64,000 nucleotides of DNA from Bdellovibrionales bacterium. GTDB lineage: Bacteria > Bdellovibrionota > Bdellovibrionia > Bdellovibrionales > UBA1609. Where the stretch lies: assembly GCA_965261545.1 (NCBI GenBank), contig CBDHDF010000011.1, positions 480,001-544,000 on the forward strand. The letters run 5' to 3'. Each line of letters begins with the position of its first letter. The stretch's first letter is position 1. Positions 50,071 to 61,679 of this stretch are shown here, piece by piece. The notes below the pieces were generated by a model. That model made no database searches. It was not told the DNA's origin and was given only the letters and a program-made list of their open reading frames with translations. A program made the translations under genes and the position numbers.

Positions 50071-51100
50071 GAGGCCTCTGGCTTATTCTCAAGAGGAGTT
50101 ACGACCCCACATCAAATATTTGTGGGAACAAATGGAAAAAATCTCGGCTGTACGAATAAAAGCCGCTCTACCGGATTGGCTCCCCAATTATGAGTCGTGT
50201 CCTCCCCACTTAAAGCTTCAGTTAGAAAAAATGAGTGCCAGCACCTTGAAGCGTTATCTGAAGGAAATTCGCTTGGCTTCAGTGGTCTCTAAGGGATTGT
50301 CCACAACCTGTCCTGCCCAATATATGAAAAATAAGGTTCCCATCAATACACTGGACTCCAAGGTCACAAGGCCTGGTTATATACAAACAGATACGGTTGC
50401 TCACTGTGGAACGAGTGCCCAAGGCCCTTTTATCAGCTCTCTTACAGTGACCGACATTAACACCACATGGACAGAGTGTCGGGCTATGTTTACCAAGAAA
50501 GGGATGGAGGTGAGAAGGCAAATCAACAACATTAACCAAGCTATACCTTTTAAACTACTGGCCATGAACTCAGACTCAGGAAGTGAGTTCTTAAACAAGG
50601 CTGTCCTTCAATTCACCCAATTATCTAACATCAAGTTCACTCGTTCTCGCCCCTACAAAAAGAATGACAACTGCTACATTGAGCAAAAAAACTTCACCCA
50701 CGTCAGAGAATTGTTTGGCTATGAGAGGTTTGAAGATCCAAGGCTAGTTCCTTTAATGAATGACATTTATAAAAACCACTGGAGTCCCCTCCAGAACTTC
50801 TTTCTCCCCACATTTAAACTTCAGGAAAAGGTACGAGTGGGAGCCAGAATCAAGAAAAAGTATGGCACCCCTAAGACTCCCTATCAGAGAGTTATTGAAA
50901 GTGGGGTATTAAACCATGAGGAGGATGAAGCACTGAGGAGGCGTAAAGCTGAACTCAACCCCTTTGAGCTAAAGAGGGGACTTGAACTAAAACTTAAAGA
51001 GTTTTTCAAATTAGTACGACAGGAAAATATCAAGGAGGTGGCATAAGATGAGCAAAATGACAAACCGCTCCTTGGTGTCGTTTACTTATGACCCAATACG
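50071..51100 (+). mobile_element. 5'-truncated rve/DDE-type IS (transposase frame 50072-51046)
   Basis: QTDTVAHCG, LTVTDI, NSDSGSEF, FTRSRPYKKNDNCYIEQKN; probable end ACTTATGACCCAATACG. Confidence 0.8.
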
Positions 51101-51522
51101 CATTGACTTATGACCCAATACGGGAGTGAGGCCCCAGTAGAAGTCACACCTTTAAAAGGCGTATCCATAACATATGGGAAAGCACCGGGGAGCATCTCCG
51201 GGTCGGGAGGATATTGGTAAAATAGCGGCATGGGCCGGGGTGAGGGCCAAGCCCTTCACCTAGACATTTTTGAATGAGGGATATTCTGGACACAATTTGT
51301 TATGCGTAGAGTTATATGTAGTACCCCATGTTTTTGTTAACATATTAATATCATTGAATTAGCGCGTATGTTCGTGTCGAAGTCAGGAGAAAAAATTTCA
51401 CAAAACCTCCAAATAAACAAAAATTATGTTGATTATATTTATTCTTTATATTAAATTTAACACAATGAATAAGTTAAAGAAATGTGCAACATAAAAAAGT
51501 TTAATACAAGGGGGTTATAAAC

Positions 51523-52041
51523 ATGATAAAAAATAATTTTTCAATATCTCTATTTTTTCTGATCTTAGTTATGTCATCTTATGTTTCTGGTGATACTAAA
51601 AGCCAGATATTATCTGACCCAATTCAAACAAATTTTCCCAAGGAGGATGCAGCAAACTCCGATTTTGACGGCTACTGGGCGACTCCACAACTCACTTATG
51701 CTATGGAGGCAAAAGATGCTTCTGGATTCTGTTCCCGCTTAGGAGGCGATAGCTACACATTTGTATTCAATATTCAAGATAACAGCATGAAAATATGTGA
51801 TATTGCACCTGGAAATGGCTGGGAGAGTCAATGCGCGGGAGGCCTGAAATTTGAAGGTGGAAAGCTCTATCTATTTGACCCAATATGGATTCAATTTAAG
51901 TTCATTGCTCCGAATGTTATTCTGCCATCTGATTCAAATAAGAGCAATAAAGATTTAGAGGCGGCCCTTCTCTTGAGAATTCGTACAGACAAAGAAACAT
52001 TAGACAAATTTTCTTTATGGGCTCAAACCTGCGAATTCTAA
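51523..52041 (+). CDS. Hypothetical secreted protein with 4 Cys
   Basis: Signal-peptide-like N-terminus; AAGGGGG RBS; single-copy within the IS pile. Confidence 0.75.
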   Translation: MIKNNFSISLFFLILVMSSYVSGDTKSQILSDPIQTNFPKEDAANSDFDGYWATPQLTYAMEAKDASGFCSRLGGDSYTFVFNIQDNSMKICDIAPGNGWESQCAGGLKFEGGKLYLFDPIWIQFKFIAPNVILPSDSNKSNKDLEAALLLRIRTDKETLDKFSLWAQTCEF

Positions 52042-52312
52042 ACTAATCCACCATAGACATCCTACAATTTATCAAAAATTCCACCAGATAAATAACCTAG
52101 GAGGGCTGAGCCACGCTTCGCGGGCTTCAGCCTTCCTCCCGAGTCCCGAGTTTGACAGCAGCATCTGCGTTAAAATGCGAAATTTCCAGAAATTGGGGTT
52201 GTACTGAAATATAATGGTAGCTGCTGGAAAAATTAAAATTGACGTAAAAAAAGTGTAGAAAACAAAATAGGATTTCCCGAGTTTGACAGCAGCATCGTAT
52301 TGGGTCATAAGT

Positions 52313-52711
52313 CAATGCCGTTTCCTTAAGCCACCACACCCCTCTGCCTCTGCGTTAAGCTATTTCTTTTAAAAGAACTCCCAGCCCTTTTGATAGACCT
52401 TTCATAGCTTCTTTTGAAGTGCCTCCTCTTCTCCATTGAAATCTTCATCAGCAACTTTATCTGCTTCCTAAATTTCTGATAGAGCTCCGCAACAAAAAGA
52501 GGGATGCTATCCATTATGAAATCAAGAATCAGTTTAAAGTTAGGTTTTTTGTAGTCATTTTTCACCAACTGATTCACACTGTCTTCATCCTCATTTATGC
52601 TCATTTGAATCTTTGTATAATTGAAGAGCCAAAAATAAGAATACAGCTCTTGCAATATTCCATTAAGGCTTGTTGAGTGCCACTGCTCCATTTTCATTGT
52701 CGATGTAAAAT
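52313..52711 (-). mobile_element. IS4-A right-end fragment cut at the IS21 left end
   Basis: TIR at 52313; identity stops at 52711. Confidence 0.88.
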
Positions 52712-54733
52712 TGTTAGCTGACAATTAAAATGCCCCACCGTCGCCAATGAAAAGTGGCCACTTTTCAGAGGAGGACCTATGGTGATTTTTGGCATTGTCA
52801 ACCGAGACGCATATAATCAATTGATATTACTCATAAAAAGGCTCCGAGCTGATAAGAACTCCTTTTGGGTTCTTGTCGACCTGGAAAGGGGCTCCGTGTT
52901 GGAGAGTCCTTCCATGACAGCCTATTCAGGTTCCATATTTGTCATTTGTAGACTGTTTCTGGATTTCAATGAGGTTAAATATATAGTCAAGAAAAGCCTG
53001 TTTAGGCTGTGCCCATTTTCTAAAGTATTTAAATTCCACAAGATTCCAACATTTGCCTCAATTTTCATGGAATTTCTTTCTGAAGACAGGCTTCCCTTAA
53101 AGCCGTCGCCAATTAAAATGTCCCACTTTCAATATGGAGGTTGTCGCCAATGAAAAGTGACCAATCTTCAGGGAGTGTTCAAATACTAGACAATGAAGTC
53201 TCTTCTTCTGATATAGATACTAAGCTCACAGAGTCCCTCCCTTTTGCAACTCAAAAGGTTAGCAATGAGGAGGATCTTATGATTAGTCAATACACTTTCG
53301 GCCGCATTCGTGACCTGAGTCACAGTGGTAAAAATAAGACAGAAATATCTCGTGAATTAGGGATCAATCGTAAGACGGTGCGCAAGTACTGTGAGTCCAA
53401 CACCCCACCGAAGTACAAGGCGAGGTCCAAAAGAACTCGCCCAGATCCCCTTAATGGATATATGGATCGGGTGAAGTACTTTTTGAAGTTGAACCCAAGT
53501 AACACCGCCCGTGAAATATATGAGCTACCTGAAATCCCTAAAAGTTGTAACTAGGTGTAGGGCTTAAGTCCTGATTATTGTCTGAGAAGGCCTTCACTTT
53601 GATTAAGAGATTGTCATCTCTTCAAAAGCATAGTTACAATATTAACGATGTCATACACTTTTGAGCAAAAAAATAAGGGAAAAACCTATGTCTATAAAGT
53701 TGAAAGCTTTTGGGACAAGGAAAAAAAGCAGGCCAGGCAAAAACGCATCTACCTTGGAAGAAAGGATGAGTTTACAGGTCAAATTAAGACCAAAAGAAAA
53801 AAGATTCCCATAGGCTCCTATAATGTGGGAGCCTTATTTTTCTTAGAGAAAATATGCGAACAACTAAATCTTCTAAAAACATTGTCTAAAATTTATCCAG
53901 ATAATTACGAACATTATTTGCATTTAGCTTTTTTTAAAATAATCAAAAGAGAGCCCTTTTATCTTTACGATATGTGGTGTCAAGAAGCTTATGTTTCAAA
54001 GAAAAATTTTATGTCGTCACAAAAAATAAGCAATCTCTTATGTGATCTTGGGAGAGATCAAAAAAAGATAGAATCTTTCTTTAGCGAATGGATAAGTCAA
54101 GTGAAGGGTTCTGGTACGGTAATGTTTGACATCACATCCTTTTCTTCCTACTCTATGAATAATGAATTTTTAGAGAAAGGTTACAACAGAGATGGAGAGA
54201 ATCTCGAACAGATAAACTTAGGTCTGATAAGTAGGAAATCTGAAGACAATAAAACTCATACGCCTATAGCGTACAGAATCTATCCTGGAAGTATACCGGA
54301 TGTCAAAACTTTATCGAATATTATTGAGATCATAACAAGTTATAAATTAGATTTAGATTGTTTAGTTATGGATAAGGGTTTTTCTAGTGTAGAAAATATT
54401 AAGGGACTGCATCGTAAGGAATTGAAGTATTTGATACCCATGAGTTTTAGAACAAAACTCTCAAGAGAGCTTGCTGTGGCTTTAAATGAGAAAATAAAAT
54501 CTCCATCATGCTCTTTTACTTTTAATGAGGAAATTTATTCGCATTGCAAAGAATCAATAAAAATCGGAGGATTTGATTGTACGGCTCATATTTTCTTAGA
54601 CAAAGAAAGAAGGGTTTATGAGGAATCTGTGTTAATGAAAGAGTTGCTTGATTTTATGAAACTCTTTCTTGAGAAAGATTTGAAATCAGAAGAACAAGCT
54701 AGTTCCTATATGAAAGAAACTTTAGGAAATAAA

Positions 54734-56621
54734 GAGCCTGTAAACTATTTTGTGTAACTGCCGAATCATATTAGGATGAACTATCATCCTGAAAGGAGAA
54801 GGCAGAATGGATATCAAGACAATAGGCAAGGAACTAGCGAAGAACGTCAAGACCCAAAAGGATTTATCCGACATAACGGGTCAACTGATGAAGGTTGTTT
54901 TAGAGACGGCCCTTAATGCGGAAATGGACGATCACCTAGGTTATGAGAGGCATGAGAAGTCTGAGACCCGCAAATCCAACACTCGCAATGGTTACAGTAG
55001 AAAGACCATAAAGGGAGAGAAAGGCGAGGTGGAGCTTCAGGTCCCCCGTGACCGAAGTGCCTCCTTTGAACCTCAAGTCATTCCCAAGGGTAAGACTCGT
55101 CTTGAGGGCTTTGAAGACAGTATCCTGACCCTCTATGCGAGGGGAATGACGACCAGGGATATTCAAGGAGCTATCAAAGACCTCTACCATGGTGCAGAGA
55201 TATCCCACTCAGTGATAGCCAACGTGACGGATGCTGTTATTGATGAAGTTACGGCTTGGCAGAACCGCCCCTTGGATAGCACTTACCCTATCGTATTTTT
55301 GGACTGTATCGTGGTGAAGGTCCATCAAGACAAGAGAGTTATTAATAAGGCGATTTACCTAGCTCTTGGTATTACAGAGGAGGGTCAGAAAGACTTGTTG
55401 GGCCTATGGATTTCTGAAAATGAGGGTTCAAAGTTTTGGTTGAGTGTTTTGACTGAGCTGCAAAATCGAGGGTTGAAAGATGTATTTATATTTTCTGTAG
55501 ATGGTCTTACAGGTTTTCCTCAAGCCATTTCAGCGGCTTTTCCCAAGTCTAAAGTGCAACTGTGCATTGTCCATATGGTCCGCAATTCCCTTCGCTATGT
55601 TCCTTCCAAGGATATGAAAGCTGTCGCCCAAGACCTCAAGTCCATTTATGGCTCTACGACTCTGACAGAAGCTGAAAAGGCCCTTGAGGAATTTTGTACC
55701 AAGTGGTCTTCAAAGTATCCTAATATTGAAAAGTCTTGGCGTAGGAATTGGGACAATCTCATCACTATTTTCGATTATCCGGATGAAATCAGAAAGATTT
55801 TTTATACCACAAACGCCATAGAGTCGTTAAATAGCGTGATCCGCAAGGCGATCAGAAATCGTAAGATATTTCCCAGTGATCGGTCGGCTTTAAAAGTTGT
55901 ATATTTAGCGATAAAAATGGCCTCTAAGCGATGGACACGACCATTACACAACTGGAAGCCAGCCATGAACAGGTTTGCCATTGAATACGGTGACCGTTTT
56001 GACAACTAAGTTTTTTAATAAGGTCCACCACCTGCCTTATAAGGGGGCTTAAAAGCCCCTCTAAGGCGTTGACAGAAGTACTGGAATACCGAGACTATGG
56101 TTAGGGTAATATAGTATGGGAACCTAAATACATGCCCTCTTGGTGCAGATTTGGGTTTCCATTTTTTTTCATATTTCATCCCAATTCTGGTATTTCTCGA
56201 ATATCCTAAGTTAAAAAAAATAAAAAAAAGGGGGTAATATAGTATGGGAACCTAAACACATGAACCCTTTGATGAGATTGGAATTTCCATTTTTTTGAGA
56301 GAGCCATTGCTGATTTTTTTTCAACCAAGATGATAATTATTTATTTGAGTTCTTTCCAGTTCTGATATGATCCCATTACGGCTCCATAATACAATCAAAA
56401 GTCCAGAGTAACTAAAGAGGCCATTATATAGACCAGCGAAGATGTCCACCTCCCCATTAACTTATAATGCATTGTGACTGACAAAATCGCTTGAAGGAAA
56501 AAATGTCAATTATACATTGACGAATAATATGGGACTGTGCTTTTTACCAGGAGTGGAGCCACATAAGTGGCTTTAAGATTTAAGAAAAAAATTGCAGTTA
56601 CACAATTATTTTTACAGTCCC
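54734..56621 (+). mobile_element. IS256 intact copy 3
   Basis: IRs as in copy 1; 8-bp TSD GAAATAAA. Confidence 0.95.
54807..56009 (+). CDS. IS256 transposase
   Basis: Protein identical to 36070..37272. Confidence 0.96.
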   Translation: MDIKTIGKELAKNVKTQKDLSDITGQLMKVVLETALNAEMDDHLGYERHEKSETRKSNTRNGYSRKTIKGEKGEVELQVPRDRSASFEPQVIPKGKTRLEGFEDSILTLYARGMTTRDIQGAIKDLYHGAEISHSVIANVTDAVIDEVTAWQNRPLDSTYPIVFLDCIVVKVHQDKRVINKAIYLALGITEEGQKDLLGLWISENEGSKFWLSVLTELQNRGLKDVFIFSVDGLTGFPQAISAAFPKSKVQLCIVHMVRNSLRYVPSKDMKAVAQDLKSIYGSTTLTEAEKALEEFCTKWSSKYPNIEKSWRRNWDNLITIFDYPDEIRKIFYTTNAIESLNSVIRKAIRNRKIFPSDRSALKVVYLAIKMASKRWTRPLHNWKPAMNRFAIEYGDRFDN

Positions 56622-58380
56622 GAAATAAAAAAAGGTTTCTCAATATCTCTGATTGCACTCCATTTAAGATTTCTTTAAATGAAGAAAATATTAATGAAGA
56701 ATCTTCTACGCTGGGTATTATGATATTAATTACAAATAGTCATGATTTAAAGAAAACAGATATATTGAGTTTATATCGAAACAAAGATATCATTGAGAAA
56801 GTATTTTTCTCATTCAAGCATGATATTAATGGAAGGAGAAGTCGAGTTCATTCTCTCATGAATATGAGGGGAAGCATCTTTATTAATTTTCTCTCTTTAA
56901 TTTTAATTTCACATATTGATACTGTTATGAAAGATAAGAAGTTATATAAAAAAATGTCTAAAATAGAAATTTACAAAATGATGGACCGATTAAAATTTTA
57001 TGAATTAGCTACAGGTGATCTGATGCTTGGAGAGCTGTCTAAAAAACAAAAGGATATTTTTTCAGCCTTCCAAATAGATGGGCTTCCCAAGACAAAATGA
57101 TGTTTTTTATCTGTTTCAAATGTGACGGTGGCTGTGGCTACCACTATGCCTCATCTATCCAATGGAGACGAAGAGGACCTTTCGCAGCAAATTCTTATGA
57201 ATCATATTAAATATATTAATACTATTAAACCTCTCAAACCGTTGACAGCAGCCAATTCCATAGGAAGAGAGGAAAGTTAACGCAATACATTAAACCTAGT
57301 TACAACTTTTAGGGATTTCAGGGAGCTATTAGTTGAGGAGGGTTATCGTGGGAGTGAGAGAACGGTTCAGAGAAGAGTTTGTGAGATTCTTGGTTCTCGC
57401 CCCAAGGAGCGTTTTTTCAGCCAAAGATATGATCCTGGAGAACAGGCTCAGTTTGATTTTAAGGAGAAGGTTGCTTTACCATTTGCCGATGGTGTTCAGA
57501 TCGTTCATCTCCATTTTGGAACATTGCCTTGTAGTGGCACCTGTTGGGTTCGTGCCTATCCCTTTCTTGTCTATGAGTGTTTCATCGATGGGGTGCATGC
57601 TTTTTTTGAAAAGATAGGTGGGATGAGTGCGAACATCCGTATTGATAATTTATCTCCCTGTGTGAAGAAAGTTCTTAAAGGAAATCAGCGAATTTACACC
57701 CAATCTTTTGATCGAGCCATCCAATACTATGGATTTAAGGTTCTTCCCTGCCGCGCAGGGAAGGGCTCTGACAAGGGAGATGTGGAGCGTGATATTCGAA
57801 CCTTCAGTTCTCGGATAAAAAATATTGTTAGAAACAAAGGAATTGTTTTTAAAGACTGGGATCATTTGAATCAGTTTTTAGAGTCTTATATGGATCAGCA
57901 TCAGAGTGACTCCACCAAATCTCGCTTTGAGGAGGAGGCCAAAGTTCTTAAGCCTTTGCCTCCACGAGATGAAGATATTCTCTGTAAGGTGAATATTTGT
58001 CAAAGTAATGGTTATGGGACTTTGAGAATAGGTAAAACCACATATTCCATACCTGATGAGGTGATCCAATCTCCCTGTAAAACCGTACAGGGTCCCTATC
58101 ATGTCACGATCTATCGTGCAGGAGGGAAGCAAGAAATTGTCGCTCGCCATCAAAGAAAACCTGATGGGGAGCATAGTCTTCTTCTTGAACATATCCTTCC
58201 TTCTCATAGGTGTTCGTGGTTTTTTTCTAATTTTAATTCCGAATTAATGGAAATACTTTTCAAGCCTCCTTTTTTACATAGAGGGAAGTGGGCGATTTAT
58301 AAATATTTATAGATGGTATTTTGAGAAATGGACGCAGATTGACATTTGATATCCACGACAAGCCATGTGTTTTAAGAGAC

Positions 58381-58845
58381 TTAATTGTGTAACGAAAGAA
58401 CTGTGGACTTTTGGGAACAACAGAATTTAAATTTCTTTCCACTTCCGCATGGACAGGATTGATTTCTTCCAATTTTTTCGCTTTGGTCATTTTTCTGCTG
58501 TGATGCAGACATATCTTCAGTTACAATTTTTTTTTGCTTTTCATCTTCCAAATCCTCATCCAAATTATCAAAAAGAATATCTCCTAGATTCTGGTGAAAG
58601 TAACGATTTTTAAATTGAGATATGAGCATCATAAAAATACATGTAAGAACCAAAAGTGTGAGTGAAGCAAAAAACAAAGAAGATGCTTGCATCTGAGTTA
58701 ATGGGAGGATGAGTGCCAGTAAATAACCAAATCCAAATACCAATAAGGAAATAAGAAGAGATATAAAGGATCACAAAGAAAGTAATATTAAAAGTCCAAA
58801 AATCATTGCTATTTTTTGCTCCTGTCGAATACAATGAATCCGCAT
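58381..58845 (-). pseudogene. SEC-C motif membrane passenger protein with an early nonsense codon
   Basis: GGA in copy 1 is TGA at 58771-58773; the C-terminal KIGRNQSCPCGSGKKFKFCC is intact. Confidence 0.75.
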
Positions 58846-58950
58846 AGATACAAGTGAGTTATCTACAGACTTAATGATTCTCGCGTTAGTATCTTAATAG
58901 GTCAAGATTAATTGGAGGAAATTTTTATTTTTTAAACGCAGGGGGCAAAT

Positions 58951-60195
58951 ATGAGCACGGAAGCTCAAACACTTAAAACGATCAAAAAATGTTTCAAGAA
59001 AGTTATTCCTGAAAAGGACTCTCGGGCAACCATTCCACCTCTTGAGTTTATTGTGGCTCTTGTCTTGTCATTCCAGGGAGACTCTAAGACATATTCAATA
59101 GAGGGAATTAGGAGGTTTATGATAAGTCATTTAGGATTAAGAATTGAAAGACACAGCTTCTGGGAAAGACTCTCTAGAAAAAGATTAAAAGAGCTTCTGA
59201 GTAAACTGGTTGAAATGCTCATGATAAAGCTATCTCATGGAGCTTTTCATGGGAGCAAAGCCATATTATTACAACTGGGAGTCTCAGACGTTCTTCTTGT
59301 TGACTCAAGCACAATAAGCCTTTGGGATGGAGCATCTGAGAATTTTCCAGGGACAAGAACAAACGCAGGAATTAAATGGCACGCTTGTTTCAGTTTATTC
59401 AGTGGTATAATGACTTGGTTCGAATTAACTCCGTCTTCCACTAACGATAGGAAGTGCTTTCCTGATATAAAGGAACTCGTTGGAAAATTAGTCATCTTTG
59501 ATTTGGGATATTGGGACTATGGCTTATTGTCATCTATTCATGAAGCTAAAGGATTTTTCTTGTCTAGAGTGAAGTCAAATGCCTCTATTCTTATTGATGC
59601 TGTTGTTGAAGGTTTGCCAGATTACTATGTTGGAAAAGAGTTCTCTGATATTAAACTCAAGAAAAAAAACGATGTTGTTGAATTTATAGGCAGTGTCTTG
59701 TCCAATGGTAAATGGGTAAGTTTGAGAATTGTAGGCTTCTGGAATTCCTCCGAAAAACGCTATCATTGGTATTGCACGAATTTAGATGTGGCAGCGGAGT
59801 CCATATATCCAATTTATCGTTTACGTTGGCAATGTGAACTTATTTTCAAATCTTGTAAGAATTCTTTGAATGCAAATCAGATCACCTCAAACGATCAAAA
59901 TATCATAGAGAGTCTTCTTCTTGCTTCATTAGCGGCTCACCTCACATCAAGTGTTGTTTTGAGGATAGGAAGAACTAAACTCAATAAGGAACAAAATGAC
60001 TCCACATCGTTTCAAAGAGTTGCTAAGGTTACCGTCTTATTAGCCTCTGATTTTATCAAATATCTCCTAAGCTCATCTCAAAAGTATTTAAATATTTTGA
60101 TAGAGAAGATCAAGATATTCTCCCATGAAATTTATGACACAAACTACCGACGGCGAAAAACATCAATGAATATGGCTAAAAAGGTCTTGCTATGA
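58951..60195 (+). CDS. IS4-family transposase
   Basis: LVDSS, GIKWH, IFDLGY, YRLRWQCELIFK. Confidence 0.93.
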   Translation: MSTEAQTLKTIKKCFKKVIPEKDSRATIPPLEFIVALVLSFQGDSKTYSIEGIRRFMISHLGLRIERHSFWERLSRKRLKELLSKLVEMLMIKLSHGAFHGSKAILLQLGVSDVLLVDSSTISLWDGASENFPGTRTNAGIKWHACFSLFSGIMTWFELTPSSTNDRKCFPDIKELVGKLVIFDLGYWDYGLLSSIHEAKGFFLSRVKSNASILIDAVVEGLPDYYVGKEFSDIKLKKKNDVVEFIGSVLSNGKWVSLRIVGFWNSSEKRYHWYCTNLDVAAESIYPIYRLRWQCELIFKSCKNSLNANQITSNDQNIIESLLLASLAAHLTSSVVLRIGRTKLNKEQNDSTSFQRVAKVTVLLASDFIKYLLSSSQKYLNILIEKIKIFSHEIYDTNYRRRKTSMNMAKKVLL

Positions 60196-60573
60196 AAGAA
60201 TAAAAAACCACGAACACCTATGCCTTCCTTCTTTAGTTCGTAAGCCGCAAGCCATGGTAAGATGGGCTCACCGATCCATTCTTTTTCCAACAAATGTGTT
60301 TGAAAATTTTTATCAATACCTCAAGCAACAAGATTCAAGCCGTGCCGAGCATGAATATTTAAGAGTTATCAACTTGATTCAGCATGTGAGTTGGCAGGAC
60401 TTATCTACAGCCATGGAGCTTCAATTAGAAAGTCGTGAGATTTTCGACTTTAAATCCATAAAAGATTTGCTCTTAGGCAATCCCACCAAAATTAATTTGA
60501 ATGACCAACAAAAACCACTTCAACCTAGATTGTCTCAATATGACAGTCTTGTTCCAAACATAGGAGGTTCTTA

Positions 60574-60985
60574 ATGAATCACGAAGAACTTATAGGTTCT
60601 CTTAAAAAACTCCGACTTCCAGCGATGGCGGATGAATATGTTGCAACGGCTAGAGTTGCCGAAAAAACAAAAAAGACGTATGAACAGTATTTAGGTATAC
60701 TCGTTCAAAATGAGCTTGCTGACAAGCATTCCCAGAGAGTGAAAAGATTGCTTAAGGGGGCCAAGCTTCCTCAACTTAAATCACTCCAAACTTATAACTT
60801 CCAGAAAAGAACGGGAGTGACAGCTCAGCAAATTAATCGGATGGCAGAGGGAGAGTGGGTCAGAAAAGCCTGTAATGTTGTGTTTTACGGAAGCTTTGGA
60901 ATGGGGAAAAGTCATTTGGCCATGTCCCTAGTTCGTTCACTCTGTGAACAAGGCTATCGATGTTTATGGGTCACCACTCATGAAC
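60574..60985 (+). pseudogene. istB: IS21 helper ATPase, interrupted by IS4-A
   Basis: LKKLRLP...GAKLP..K...NVVFYGSFGMGKSHLA. Confidence 0.88.
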
Positions 60986-61679
60986 CAATGCCGTTTCCTT
61001 AAGAAAAATCTCTTGAAATTATTAGATAAATCGACAAGAATAAGACTTGTTTTATTTTACACCCAACCCTCAACCAAGGAGTAAGTCACATGCAATCCAA
61101 TATTGATCTCGAAAGCCCCCAAATGACGAGTTCGCGTCACAGATGACCATTTTATTCTACCAAAACTTGATTCTTCCTTCAAGTCAGAGCACCTTGTCGA
61201 TCCAGAAAAACAAAAAAGGAATCGAAAATTTAATCCTCAAATTTTCTTTTTTACCATTATCTATCTTATTTCAGGAACAAATTACGAAGGCTACCAAATC
61301 GCTCTTAAGACGGTATGGACTCATTTTGGTGACCTGCTTCTCATGCCAGTCAAAAGCAGTCTCAGCAAGATACGTCAAAGTATTTCTTACCTATTTTTCA
61401 AAGATATCTTTGAATCTCTGATTACAGACTACGAACCATTGAGAAAAACGTTTCATGGTTTTTATATCTATGCCATAGATGGCGACCAATTAGCACTTCC
61501 TCGCTCTAAAGATCTTTTAAAGGAGGGTTATTGTGGGTACCCTTGCCCAAATGAGATGGAAACTCATTTCTTACGTATGTATCTATCTCATGCTTATGAC
61601 GTTTTATCGGGTGTGACAAAGAATCTTTGCTATTCTCCCGCTCTCAACGAAATCGCCAATGCTATTCAAATGATAGGTA

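Larger units (their letters stand above)
53528..57322 (+). mobile_element. IS1634 copy 3, transposase split by IS256
   Basis: 29-bp TIRs; 6-bp TSD GAGCTA; transposase 53648-54733 plus 56630-57100. Confidence 0.92.
58205..60222 (+). mobile_element. IS4-family element D copy 2 (2018 bp), with passenger gene
   Basis: TIR CATAGGTGTTCGTGGTTTTT; 10-bp TSD CCTTCCTTCT. Confidence 0.93.
53279..60574 (+). pseudogene. istA: IS21 transposase in three pieces (53279-53527, 57329-58204, 60233-60574)
   Basis: HTH EISRELGINRKTVRKY; PGEQAQFDF; IRIDN; DKGDVER; LVRKPQA. The pieces rejoin in frame (488 codons). Confidence 0.88.
52712..60985 (+). mobile_element. IS21-family element, multiply interrupted; right part not in the window
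   Basis: Starts TG; four subterminal repeats of the type CAAT(T/G)AAA(AG)TG..CCA at 52721-52770 and 53105-53165; istA and istB present. Confidence 0.88.

Noticed and set aside
51420..51465. dif/Xer-like TTATATTAAAT arm
   Set aside because: No matching XerC arm at 6-bp spacing; the context is very AT-rich.
53141..53278. N-terminal extension of istA in the ORF track, and ORF 52779..53153
   Set aside because: The GAGGAGG RBS points to ATG 53279; the upstream frames run through terminal repeats.
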